Source: Trichosphaerium sp. ATCC 40318 (Eukaryota > Protista > Tubulinea). From it: 64,000 nt of DNA. The position numbers were made by a program, and so were the translations under genes. Positions 22,122-35,459 of this stretch are shown here, piece by piece. The stretch spans positions 496,001 to 560,000 of the forward strand of contig JALMLS010000420.1 of the NCBI GenBank assembly GCA_038496445.1. Direction: 5' to 3'. How positions within the stretch are numbered: the stretch's first letter is position 1; every line of letters begins with the position of its first letter. The notes under the pieces were generated by a model. That model had not been told where the DNA came from. It saw nothing but the letters and a program-made list of their open reading frames with translations, and ran no database searches.

Positions 22122-25100
22122 TTACATGGACCCAAATAGAGCAGAGCTGAACTGTCGTTCAAGAGTATCCAAAAACAACTCAAATTTCTTTTGTTGGTGA
22201 TCACAATAACGCTTAAACCGTCCACTAAGATCACTTTGAGTATCTACAAAAATAACATAAGCACAAAAATAAAAAAAAAAGACGAAGTTTGTCGTATTAC
22301 TTACCTCCTGTGCTCTGTATCCTATCGACAATCCACAAGAAGCCAAATACAAGTAGACCAATAGCTAAAAATGTGATTAATATTCATTCGGCATAGGCAG
22401 CACATAATTACAGTAACGACATAGTAAAAAAAAACATCAGGCTTTAAACGTACTCCCAAGAACAAACAGTACACTATAAAATAGGAACTGTCTTAGAATA
22501 TTACGTTGCTGTTTTCTAGCCATCTGTTGAATATTTTCTTCTAATTCCTCAGACTAATAGGTTATTATTAAATTATCAAAGTCACAAGCACGTGTTTGAA
22601 AAGTGGCAAAAAAAACCAACAAAACCAATCAGTAAGTACCTTATTAAAATAACCTTCTAAAGTTTCTCCATTTTGCTTCAATATCTCACATATTAACTCA
22701 AAATCCTTATGTAACTTCTTATAATTGTTCTCAACTTCTTCTAGTTTGAGTTCAAATAACTTAACGGCACCCACAGCCTCTTGAGCCTTTCATACTTTTA
22801 GCAACTTTTTTTTTTCTCAACAATTTTGACTCGTCGTACCTCCTCTTGTAGCTCATAGTATCCAACCTCTAAATCATCGTAATCGTTTTGAAGCAATAAA
22901 TACTGTTCATCACGCCTTTCAATAAGTTCCTATGAAAGAAAAGAAATAATATTAGAAAACAACACAACAAAGCTTACAAATAAACAAACTTACTCTGAAG
23001 TGATCAACAAGACTCTGTACATATGCGTCGTATTGACCTTCTGCAGGTTCCTCCGCACTCAGCACATCATCATGAATTGATGTAGTCTCTCTGTCCTTCT
23101 AAACAAATAACCGTTAACGCCAACCCAACTTGTATTAAAACTATTTGCAACATACTTTTTGTGTCTTCCTTAAAGACCCAAATTTCACTCTATTAAACAT
23201 TGTTTAGTTTGCAAGTCGTATAAAAATTTCAAAGAATACTCACTGAGATCCCTTTCCACCTGAATGACGTTTGGACGTCCTACAGTTCATTAATTTAAAC
23301 AAAGCCAAACATTTTTGCCAAATCATAACACCATCCAAAAAAGGTACTCACGTGCTAACAGATCTCTTTAAGCGAAGTTCTGTTACATCATGTGATCCCG
23401 TCATAGGTAACCGTAATAAATCACGACCATAAACCTTTTCCTAAAGTAAGGATTAATACGGAAGCAAAAAGTTAAAAAACCAGGCTATCCTCTCAATCAA
23501 ACAACGTACACTTGATGGGCTAACATGCATAGAACCTCTCTTCTCTCTAGCGCGTTTAAAAATAGATAATGACACAGCTAAAAGATAGAGGTTAACGACA
23601 ACGCAAAAGGGAACAAAAAAGCGAGTCAAAAAAAGTAAAAACACTCGTACGTATACTAAGCTCGTCTTTAAGTACATGTAGAAGGCTTACGCCAACAACA
23701 GGGTATATCCCTTGAGCAGCATAAAAAGATCTTATCTTGGTATTAAACTCCTTGTACATCTTAAAAGGTTCTCCAGACATCTAAAAGTTGTTATGTCAAT
23801 ATCTGTTCATCCACAAACTTCTTATCACAACTTATCACGTACTGATATTTGCTGATCTTTGAGTGCTTTTGCAACATGCTCTATAAGTGCTTGAAGCATA
23901 ACATATACCTTAGGAGTGCAGAGACCATCAATAGTGACCTTTTCACCCTTTTTAAAGATCCAAGTTTGGAGCGCCTTCAGAAAAAAAAAGTAAACAAATC
24001 TAGCCTTTAAACTGAGTTGTATTACCTTCACGGCGTGCATTGTTTCTTCTCCGTAACGTCCTTTGACTTCTCGAACAAGAGGGAGAAAATTTAAGTTACA
24101 CAAAGCTCCCTTAAAACAAAGGTGTTACAAAAAAGTATAGAGTAGGCAATGACATACTTGTATTCGTTTAACGATTTCCTTCGCTGCCACTATGATAGGT
24201 ACGGATGTGCGCACAGCTAATAAAATATTAAACATGAGGAGTACGTAAATTATAGGTACCATAAGCTTGGTAGAATTCAGCTTCCGCATCCCTAAGATTC
24301 CGATTCTGTTAGCTGGATTTTTTATCATACTAGTTATCGTACTTGTCTTGATGTATTGACACTGTAGTAAAACATCCGAGTCTTTGAAGTGTCAAAGACA
24401 GCTCCAATTGTCGTACGTAAACGTCAATATCGGCTTTGGTATGTCAGAATAAGAACAATGTGACAAAGGAGTAACAAAAGAAACAAACAATAATAAAAAA
24501 GTACCTGCACTCGCTCTTTGTGGTACTTTAAATACATTAGTTTTAGCCAAAACACTCTTATTAGATACAAACACTTTTCCATAGCCAGTCTAAAGCAAAT
24601 AAAAATAAGTACACGAGACCAAAAATATCATCCTTTCGAAATACAAAAGTGTCAACTTTTCAGAAAAAGAGATCTTTTTTACCTTTTTTACAACACCTTT
24701 GCCAGATTTGGGTGTTAAAAAATTATTTACAATAAACTGTTCTCTGCTGTTTAGTTCTTTAACAGGAATACGTATAATAGCCAAAAACAACTAATAAAAG
24801 CCATAAGAAAGGATATACAGTTTCCCACACTCAAAAGAAGTCGTACCCTATCATCATCGTTCCCTGTCTCCTCAATCACGGTGGTAAAAAATTTATTCGT
24901 AAGGAGCCTAACCATAGTGTCACATGTTGTTTACATCTAAAGGTCTACTTACCAGTCAGTAACAATATAAGCACAGTAACCAGATAGTTCTACATAGTCA
25001 TCAACAAGTTCAAAAGCCTTTTCCTCAGTCCATATCCTACAGACTTCTACAGATAATTATTAGCATTCGTAACCTTTAGTGTTGACTTGCCTTTTTGAGG

Positions 25101-27654
25101 TACAAGAAAAGTTTTATAGGAAATTACTGGCGCTTGTGTGATTATAGTGGGTGACGTGTGCATCATGGTATGTTGCTAAAATATACTAAATATCACTATA
25201 GGTAACCATACGCACTGTATGTACTCCAGAAAATGGATGCGTCCACTTCTTTTTTGTAGCGCTGTTACCTACAATATCGTTTGTAAAAAAACATTTCTAT
25301 GTTTCATCTCTGAGGCTACTCACGTGTTATAGAGTCGGTGGTATTTGCTTCTTTGTGTTCTTCTCTTTCTCCATGCGACCGCCTTCGCACTAAGGATTCG
25401 TTAAGTATGATTATATTGATGCCGAAACAACAAATTGTAGTACACGTGAATAAGCCTTTTCTTCTGTTACCATCAGTCTTCCTTGGTACGCTATCTACTG
25501 TAACTGCTAGGCGTCTTTCTGGTGATTTAGAAGAGCTCAATGATGTTTCGCTAGTAGGTGATGATTTACGAGAGGCATCTGGTATTGTTATAGCATCAGT
25601 AGAGGTATCCTGTTGCAAAATATCGTCAAGGGAAGAACTCTTTTCATAACGTTTATGAAGAGTAACTTTTTTGCTTTTAGAAGGCTGGCTAAGTGATAGA
25701 GCTTTATGAACTCGCCTCGAACACTGCATGTAGTTAGTAAGTAACTTATACTGCGCGTTATACGCCAAATACAAATCTCCCATAAATAAACAATTGACCG
25801 AATTTGTAAAAAAAATATTACACACGTGATATATTGATATAAATTAGGAAACTGTTAGTTTTTCTTGAACCCAAACGATGTCCGAATGAATAGATCATTT
25901 TTCAAAAAAAAATAGCCATAATACGCACAGTATCGTCCCGGTGGTTACCAATATGCACGTCAGTAAACTCAGGTTGTTTTGAAGGTACACTAGCCACAAA
26001 AGGCTTTACTACCTTTAATGGAGGTAAACTAACAGTGCGACGTCGCCTCTGGACTCTACTAATAGCTTTTGGCGTAGCCATGTACTCATATCATGCCGCG
26101 GAGCCTGTAAAAAATAGTACTTTTCGGTGGTGCGTAAAAACTGCGCAAAGTACAGCTGTTGACTTTTTTTTGTCAAATGGTAATATAGAAATACACAATA
26201 TACAATACATATACTGTACGCTTGATGTAGCCATTGCTGTGAGTTTCAGCTTTGTACGTGAGTCGAAGCATGAAGTAGGTGGGATATTGCATGCTGTTTG
26301 AAATTGCTTAATCGATTTTTTTAATTTTTTGATTTTCTTCGCATCAGTAGGAGGCTACACAGCTTTTTTTAACTATAATTGATGAATCACTACGAAACCT
26401 TACCTTATATCCTAGTTTAGCCAGCTTTTGTATAAAATCTGATACAACAGAATCCAAAACCTTCGAAGTCTCCTTCGTCAAATGTCCATCTTCCGGAAGA
26501 CGCTAGTGACCCTAGTGAGCGCAAGAGCAGTATGCAAATTTCTGGTAAATAAATTGTACCTGAACGTGTACACCATGTGTTTTATTAGAGGCATTGTGTT
26601 CTCTTTGGAATCCCTTGAAAAAAAGAAGTGTCAAAATCTCTGAAAAAATATTTTAGGACATTTTGACACGCACTTTGACATATTGTAAAAACTTTCCATT
26701 TACGTCTTCTGTTACATCTTTTGTAAATGGTATTATACCCATAAATTGCATATATATATGCGCATCTGATATGATATCACTTAACGATTGTAGTAATATA
26801 ATCTCTTCATCAACTTTGTAATCTTGTCGGAATTTATCAATAAAAGCGCTAAAAAAAATTAGAATAACCACTCGCTCGCATTTATCTCGCAGCACATTTA
26901 ATACTTTTTAATAATAATATACTTATATAAGTAGAGTGCAATGTCTTTCTAATTTTTAGGACTATCTTAAAGGCGCACCTGTATTCTTTTCGCTTCAATG
27001 ATAAAGCCCATCCATGTGGAATAATTTGAAAATATTTCAAAAGGCCTTGTTCACGTAATCTCTCTTCATATCGAGCAAAATTACCATGAGATACTTCTAC
27101 AGCTTTAATACTTCTTCTTTTTTGACGTTTAGCACAAAGAAGAATCCCTGTATCAAGCTAACTCTGAGTTACACAAAAAACTAACATTCACCTAATATTT
27201 ACCTTTTTTGTGAAAAACTCATCGGTGTGACCAAAGAATGCCTTGTATATGACGGATTCTCTGCTCATCTCCTTTAACACGCGTACGCGTACTACTGATA
27301 GCTATTTAAAATGCGATTAGAGTGCACTTCAAGTATTTCGAACAATTTATTCTGTACGTTAGTCTGTCGCTTGTACCGTACCTTTTGTGACATGTCATCG
27401 GTCTCTTCCACAATTGTCCACAACCCTTTCGATAACAACCTTAAAAACGTCGTTTAGAGTTAAAACGTAATCCTCACGCACCAGTTCTCCACAACGAACA
27501 GGGAGTAACCAAGCAAGGTCGTTTCGTTTAGAATTTCATAACTTTCGCTCGGAAACAGTTGTTTTATCCTACCTATGATATACAGTACGTCAGAAACAAC
27601 ATGCGCAGTCATTGCTTCTTTACCTTTTTCAGGCACGAGTAATATTTGCTCCAT
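22122..27654 (-). CDS. Large multi-exon protein, possibly STB6/Stb2-like, with C-terminal coiled coil and TM segment
   Basis: The N-terminal LLGYSLFVVENW resembles the GY-LY-VEQW motif of STB6_N. It also has DGLCTP, Ser-rich linkers, a coiled coil (LKLEEVENNYKKLHKDF) and a hydrophobic segment near 22340-22480. The family call is tentative. Confidence 0.5.
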
Positions 27655-28229
27655 TTGAGATGTTTACCGTCAGCACCGGTTTGCTAGTTTATTGCGTCAT
27701 TAGCTAAAGTATTTTACGTTTTGTACAAACAAAGACTGAAATAGACTTTCAATCTATCGCTTTAGTCCGTAAGTATAGTACTATCTACGCTCGGGTGCCA
27801 CAATTATTAAATTACGCACGTTTTAAGGAGTTGGGACATAATAATTGGTGTTTGGCGCAAGGACAGTTGTCGTATACACGTAAAAGCGCTATATCGCATG
27901 TTTGCGGCTTGGTGGGTAATTACTCAGCATGTTTTCCAAATCAAACCTTCCAAATAGCTGTTAATGACTCGTATACTAAAAACCCGATAGCCTGAACCAA
28001 GGTGCCGTGTTAAAACAAAAAAGTTGTCAAGTTTTTGTTTCTGCGCCAGTTCTAATCGAGGTTTCATACTCGCTCCTTTTAGAGCTCGAGCAACAAAAAA
28101 AGATGTTCCTAGCATTACACGTGATTCTCGTTTGCTACAGCAAACTGACAAAATTGGCAATTTCTCATTTTCGTAATCAAATCATTTCATTTTGTACATG
28201 TCCTCAGTTTCAAACTCGCTTCTAGATTA

Positions 28230-31200
28230 CTATTTTTTATTACTTTTCTCAAATTCTGTGTATACAACAAGCTCTGTATTGACGTATCTCATCTTCTTAC
28301 CCATAAAATCCTTTGTTATTGAATAACACTTTCGACAACCCAAGTATGTTAATTTGGTACAGTGATGAAGCAAGTTTTGTATCCCATCATTTGATATTCT
28401 GTCTATTTCTGAGATATCAAGATGTAGAAGTTCTGTGCAATGTTCTGCAAGACAATTAAGTGTTTTATCTGTTAGAGATGTACATCCAAGAGCCCAAAGA
28501 TGTTGTAAGTTTGTACATCGAGAAATAAGATTGCACATTGCCTACAAATATAAAAGCATTAATAATGGTATTGTTACTACTATGTTGCAAAGATATACTC
28601 TGCCTTTTTTTTTAAAAGGCTTAAAGGCGGTGCCCTTAAACAATTGAACAGAAGTTACAAAATTAGCTGGAAACTGAAAAGAAAGAAAACTAACCTGGTC
28701 AGTTATGGTGGAACAATGCAGCAAGGAAAGTCTTTCTAATAAAGGACAACTAGCTGCAAGTGCATTCACTGTTTTGTTGCCAACAAATAAACAATCAGAT
28801 GCATTCAAATAACGAAGATTTGGAGCACATGATACTAGCCTGGATAACCCTGTGTCTGTAACATTTACCCAGTTCGGTATTAGAAGAAAATGAAGATTAA
28901 TTTCTCCCCAGGAAGTTGTGTTGTTTATAGATGATTCACAGTCACGTGTTAGTGACATATCGAGGTTTTCTAAGTTAGGAAGCTATGATAACTATTAGAG
29001 AGTGAAGAAACATAAGAAATAGTATAAAAACACGTGCTGATATGATTTGTTTTATCCGTCTCTTATCAATTGTGTAACAAGCAGCCATTCTTAATGTTTT
29101 GAGTTGTTTTGACTTTTTAGCCAAGACATTCAACGAGTTTGAATTAAGGTGTGTGTATGATGCGTCTAAATATATTGGTAAACCATTGAGCAGTAAAATT
29201 AAAATATAACATACCCAGAAAAATTATGTTTGCGCAGTGATTACCAATACCAGTTAAGCTTGAGATTTTAGAGCACCATTTTAGGTTTAAGTGCACCAGC
29301 CCTGGTGAGTTTTTTGCTATTGTTTCAATCGCACTGTTTTCTATATTCTTACATCCTTCTAGTGTCAAATGTTTTAAATTCTTAAGAATAATCTTTGGTG
29401 ATATAATGAAGTTGGAAGCAGATATGATATTTGCTACAGAAGAAAAAAATAAGAATGGTGTAGTTGTTGGTACCAACAACGTACAATTTTCAGTTTCACC
29501 ACAACCTAAATCAAGCTGTGTAATATTGGGCATATTTTTTACAAGTTTGTTTATCATTTCATCTGTGATATTGGTACCAGCAAGATTCAAATTTGTAACG
29601 TTCAAGTTTGACGTCTTAACAAACTCTTCCAAATTAAGGCTTCGGCAACAGCTCAAGTTCAATGTCTTTGTACTAGCACTAAGGCGTGGTATACGAGTTA
29701 AGCGATTACAACCGCCTAAATCAAGTACATTCAATGAAGACAGGCGCTGCATACCCTAAATGCAGGTAAATAAATAAAGTTGGCAATCAAATTTGTTACC
29801 TCCTTTAACGTGCCGTAATCAATATTAGACCATCTTACTTTTAATGTATGTATATTACGTATATTATTCATAGCGAAGAGAATAGTATTAGAAGTGAGGA
29901 AACTACTGTAATCAAAGGAAATATCGTTAAGGATCGATATTGGGTGTAAAACAGCACTTTGAAGTGATTTAAAAGTCTTGGCTAACTATCAATCGTCTGT
30001 TAGCAACACACGTGTTTCAACCTTACTATCAGGTACCTGTAGTAATGCGAAAAGCTTTGGCTTGTTATCGAGCACAACAAGACTTGATAAATACTCCCTT
30101 GTGTACATTTTATCTTGCACCAAAGCCATTTTAGTTTGCTTTTCAAGGTCTGATATTATTTTACTAGTATTGTATGCTCCATTTGGTCCATCACTTTTAA
30201 TCACTGTCCATAATCTCCATTCATCTACTAAAAAATCCAGTAATGTACTAATATACTCAAGCCTTGCAGGTAGGAAGTCTGGATCTATTCGTAATGCTTC
30301 TTTTAATTTCTAAGAAGAGTAAGAAGGTGAAAATACATAAACATTATCACCTACTTGTATGGCATTCAGAAACAACCTCGGAGCATGTGATGTTGTCCTA
30401 TTGTTGAACTCTGTCCTAAGAGACTTTATATGAAGCGTTTTACCCCACTCATAAAAAGATATCTTGGAATTTGGTACAGCTGATACTGCTTTCTAACCAA
30501 ACAAGTCAAACACAAATAGAAACGATAAAACAAACAAAATTACTTGAAAGTGCTCCTCCGCCAAAGCAAATAAACGTATAGCTTCTGATCCTGTTCTATT
30601 AATTGCTTGGTATGATATATAACTACCACTAGCCTGATCATGCAAATCCATCATCTTGATACGCACATCAAGCTCCTATTCAAAAAAATGATGAGCTAAA
30701 CAACTTATTCTGCCTAACTTCCGCACTTTGATGTCTTGTTGCACCCTATTTAACAAGTCAGTTCAGGTACATCATTACAAAGCTGTAAAGGCTTACAATC
30801 TTGATGTCCCTGAGGCTAGTACATAGATTGCTGCAGATTTAATTTTAATCATTGTTAGTTCCTGGAACCGCTTTAAAGTATTGACAATATCTAGGTCATT
30901 CTTCAAACAGAATGATACTTCTACTTCTTGTCTATTCAAACAAAGAGGAAACTTTTCTTTCAGCAGAACTTTTATCGCCTTTAAGCTAATTAGAGCAACA
31001 CAGGTTATGTTATAAGCATACATTCTTCCAGTATTCTTCTTGGTCATCTACAAAGATTCCATTGAGATAGTTCGTTACAGCTGTCTAAACACATTAAACA
31101 AAGTGAACGAAAAAGTCCAATTATGTACAAGGAATTGTTGTTCGCCTGGAATACCCACTGACTTTAAAGCACGTCTTAAACAATCTTTTGCACCATCTTT

Positions 31201-33126
31201 AAGAACTCTTGCAACCATTTCAACAAGTAACATGGCTCTCACTGCAGGTTTCTTTGATTTTGAGCGTACAAAGCCTAGAAACCTGCAGTTGATACCTTAG
31301 GACAAAGTTCAGTTTACCAGAAGCCCTACTGATTCTTCAAAGTGTTTTACCTGCCCGGTGCATGTTCTCTATAAGCTCTGCTTGTGAATTAAACAATGGA
31401 TTTTCATTTAGGACCTTAGCAAAGCTAGGAATTACGATCTGAAATAGACGTCTGGAGGCATCGTCAACCTACAATATCAATCAATTGTTTTTGTGTTGCT
31501 GCAATATTTGATACTTCTTGGTTTTGTAGCTCGTATTGTGGATCTTTTACACCCATTCTAGAGTACGCATCAGAGCTCAGGGGCACTGTATTCGATTTTA
31601 CAAGCTCAGGTCGTAGCAACTCAAACAAATGCCTCTTTGACCTAACATTGTTCTGCTTAACATCGTCTATCCTTTGTTACTAAGAAATCCGTACTCATCT
31701 TCGTGAATCTTCATTTGTGCTGGCATCAACCTTGCAAAATCGCATAGGTAGTAATGACCGTCTTGTTCTGATTTATGTCCTTCAATATCTGCCGGGCCAT
31801 ACAAAGAAACACTATCTCTTCCAACAATATGTTGTCTTAGATTAAGTATACCAGCTGCTTTTTTCATTAACTTGTTAAACTCTTTGTCAGAGTTAAAAAC
31901 AGTTATACCACCATCTTTAGATCCGTATATAAGACTAGTTTTGCTTAGTGGTAGTACTGACTAAAAGTACTATTAACATTTTTTTATCTATGTTAGTGAA
32001 TAAAGCGTGCCATTGCTACGACTCTATAACCGCGAAAATCGATGAGACACATTAGTGGTACGTGAAGGGCATCAATATGGCAATTGTACATCGACATAAC
32101 TCCCTTTTTTGTGACTTAACATTACCTCCACATGGAAGAACAAAATTATTGTTCACGCAGTTCATGACCAGCGGCTTTCATTGCGTTCTTATCTGAGTTC
32201 CCATACAAACCTATATTAATTTAGCTGATGTCATACACATAACGGAATGATGTACCATTAGAATCCAATGCAAACTAAAAACAATCAGAAAAAAGATATT
32301 CCTCTTTTTGGATGATCACGTGCCTTGAATAATATACCTTGACAAATATACTTTTCACCTCCTGCAACACCACCAAGCCACTCAAGTGGCTTTATAGTAC
32401 GTTGATCTAAAGGCAAGAACATCTCTGATATAATAATACGAGCATAGAGCTTTGAAGCGTGAACTGTTATTTTGTTAAAATTGTTTCAAACAACACGATG
32501 TTTAAAATGAATCACAACTGTACCGAAATCGTTTGCGAGCTGACTGAGTTGTTGGTACTTCGTTACACCCTTGTTTTGCATGCACTGAATAAATTCAGAG
32601 TTCCAGTCACGTTTGAAATGTATTCCTTTTAGAGATGTTGTGGGTTTACTAGCGCCGGGCTGGTGTAGGGTTTAAATGTATAATTCGTACACTTGACAGT
32701 TAAACTTACTTTACCGGGCATATTGTAATAGAGAAAGCAGTCTTCAACAGCATCAGGGTCATAACAGCTGGTTAACAGGGTTTTGACGTTTGATAAATTT
32801 GACCCCTCATTATAATACCCGTATGCGTCGTGATCGGTTCTATTGCGCATAATTGCGCGTTAAAAAAAATACTGACGCTTTACGACGGTTGACTGAAGTT
32901 GTTTGTGGTATGATTAACGCTTTACAATAGTAGCAATCATGTACTGGTTTGTAAAACCAGGTACAACGCGTTTATCTACACAGCAATTGTAATTCGGTTT
33001 AGGTGCATCAACTGGCGTAATATCTGGCCAAACAACGCTCCGTGGAGTATATATGCGGTACCGAAGTGTAAACAAGAGAAATAGTAGAGTTGTGACAAAA
33101 TCGCATAAAAAGGCGTATCGCTCCAT
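28230..33126 (-). CDS. Clu-domain protein fused to TPR-like helices and C-terminal cysteine-containing LRRs
   Basis: RDWNSEF, GGVAGGEKYICQGILFKFALD, AMKAAGHEL, VPLMCLIDFRGYRVVAM, YGPADIEGH, YYLCDFARLMP and MHRAGINCRFLG are Clu motifs. In-frame splicing continues into LRRs (LKHLTLEGCKNI, LRYLNASDCLFV). Confidence 0.85.
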
Positions 33127-33238
33127 CCCACGCTCAATAGGTAATTATATGCGTTAATCTTACGAATACTTAAATTCCTAGGCGTTACTAAACCTACACT
33201 GATACGTTTACCTCATACGCTCTGTACGCGCTTTAAAT

Positions 33239-34447
33239 ATGGTTTCAACGCGTTATCACGGCTTCAAAAGGCTAGTAAATTCTAAATGTCACTTTGTAGA
33301 TTACTGGCGTACATACACAACGAATGAAGTATCTCCAGACGGAGTATACAAAAAATATTACCCCAACGGCCAACTTCATATTGAAGGATATGTGAAGAAC
33401 AACAAATTCGAAGGAAAGTACAAAGAATGGTACAAATGATTAAGAAGCCATCAAATCACGTGTAGCGAAGTGCAAAGCTTACCACTTATTACCGTTTTGT
33501 TAAACATTTTTTATTCTTTTTTTTTTTCAATTGTCAATTTGGCAAGACGTTGCTTGTACTGCAAGTAGTAGTAGTGTTACACTCGCTTTTTTTTGGACCA
33601 ATTATGCTTTAGTAACGCTTGTACAACGCTTTGTTACTGACTATTTTATGCTAGGTATTCTAATGGTCAATTATGTGAGGTTGGTTTTATGAGGCATAGC
33701 AAGTATACAGGAGAAGTAAAACGTTGGCATAAGAATGGAAAGATTAGCCACCACTATTTTACAAGAAATACTGCATTATATGGTGAATACAGAGAGTGGT
33801 ATGATAATGGTGCGTTATTACTTAACTGTCATTTCAAAGAAGGTAAGAAAAGTGGAGATTATACACTTTGGTATAGAAACGGTATTGTACAGCTACACTG
33901 TGTGATGAAAGATGATGCTAAGCATGGCATTGATAGACAATGGTATTCTAATGGTAATATACATACACAAAGGACTTGTATCAATGGTAAACCAGAAGGT
34001 GAGTGTAAACAATGGCACGAGAATGGTGTTATATCAACTATTATGTTTTATAAAGATGGTAAAAAAGAAGGATCTTATAAACTTTTTTATGATAATGGTA
34101 AGATTTGTGAGGAAACTTCAATGAAGAATGATTTACATCATGGAGAATATATACAATACAATACAGATGGTAGCGTACATGCTGTTTTTCAATTTAAAGA
34201 CGGTAAGAAAGAAGGACCGTACAAGGTTTTTCATCCAAATGGTCAGCTTGCTGAAGAAGCTACAATGAGAGATGATTACATTGAAGGAAAGTTTAGGCAG
34301 TGGACTGAAAAGGGAGAATTAAAACTATTATGCTATAAAGTTAGAGGTAGGAATGAAGGTGAATACAAAGAATGGAATACTTCTGGTGAACTAGTTTTAC
34401 ATAGCTATTTTTGTAAAGGTGATAATAAAGGGCAGTATTATGGCTAA
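33239..34447 (+). CDS. MORN-variant (MORN_2/YwqK-like) repeat protein, one intron (33430-33654)
   Basis: 24-aa repeats of the type GEYREWYDNGAL and GPYKVFHPNGQL; junction KEW|YSNGQL. Confidence 0.85.
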
Positions 34448-34594
34448 AAAAAGAGCAAACAAGCGAAGAGCATTTCTGGTGTTGCTTTTGACCTAATAAA
34501 GTAACTAAACAACAAAATCGAACACATTATTTTATTACTTTTGATGATCTTGCATCGAAGCACAAAACATTCTCACTTTTTTCTTACATCCTTT

Positions 34595-35317
34595 CTAGCC
34601 TATGTAGCGTAGGTTCTGTCCTACGTTTTTTGTGGCTGTATCACTAGCTACTATTCCAACAGCTATACCAATACCAGCACCTATCAATGTACCGATACCA
34701 GGAAATACAGAACCCAAGACAGCTCCTGCAGCAGCGCTAGCACCAATACTGGCACCCATCCCAATTCCGCTGCGTACAAGTCGTATCATGCCATTAGTCT
34801 TGAAGCAGTGTTGGTATGGCTTCCAATTAGGAGGATGTACGACGAAGAATATGGCTCCTGACTTTGAATCGTCATAAAAGATGAAACCGAAGTGTAATTT
34901 CCCTGTTCCTTGCGTATGGCCCGAAGTACAGAGTGTTTCCGGTGGTTCACCACATTCTTCTGCTACAAATACTTTTACTATTGTTTCTGGCTTGTCTTTA
35001 AGCTCATAGTCACATTCCTTGTAGTATTCGGTACAACCGATCACTTTCTTTAACACTTGTTTCCACTTTATTTTAACGGTTACGCCCTTTCCAGACTTGT
35101 TTATTAACGTGACGTCGTTGAATTTGGTTCTTGTCAATATTTGTTTGCTTTTGGCTGTAAATTCAGGTTTACAAAAGTCTTTCATGCCTTGCCATATCCC
35201 TTGCTTAGTAGCTGTTGGTTCTAGGGTGTTTGGTGCTTTTGACGTTTCAGGTGGTGTTTCGGCACCTTTAGGCGTGCTATCGGCGTCTTTAGTTTCCTTA
35301 GGTTCCATAGGTTCCAT
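34595..35317 (-). CDS. Intronless hypothetical protein with C-terminal glycine-zipper hairpin
   Basis: 240-aa ORF ending GIGMGASIGASAAAGAVLGSVFPGIGTLIGAGIGIAVGIVAS. Confidence 0.75.
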   Translation of the reverse strand: MEPMEPKETKDADSTPKGAETPPETSKAPNTLEPTATKQGIWQGMKDFCKPEFTAKSKQILTRTKFNDVTLINKSGKGVTVKIKWKQVLKKVIGCTEYYKECDYELKDKPETIVKVFVAEECGEPPETLCTSGHTQGTGKLHFGFIFYDDSKSGAIFFVVHPPNWKPYQHCFKTNGMIRLVRSGIGMGASIGASAAAGAVLGSVFPGIGTLIGAGIGIAVGIVASDTATKNVGQNLRYIG

Positions 35318-35459
35318 GGCTGTATGGTCGGGCTTGTTGGACTATTTAGGAACGATGGAGAAATCTTGACTCCAAAAGACCATCCCAAAAATTCTGTGCT
35401 TTTTTCAACCAGACGTGAGGAAATCTCATGCAAAAATTTTTTATTGGACATGGAAAAAC

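Noticed and set aside
24805-24820. ATATCCTTT on the minus strand as a U12 (AT-AC) donor
   Set aside because: It lies inside an ordinary GT-AG intron and is not needed for the frame.
32100-32160. Phase mismatch at the GHEL|GVM junction of the Clu gene
   Set aside because: It can be resolved by an upstream AAG acceptor (adding LTKK) or by a homopolymer error, so it is not evidence of non-canonical splicing without reads.
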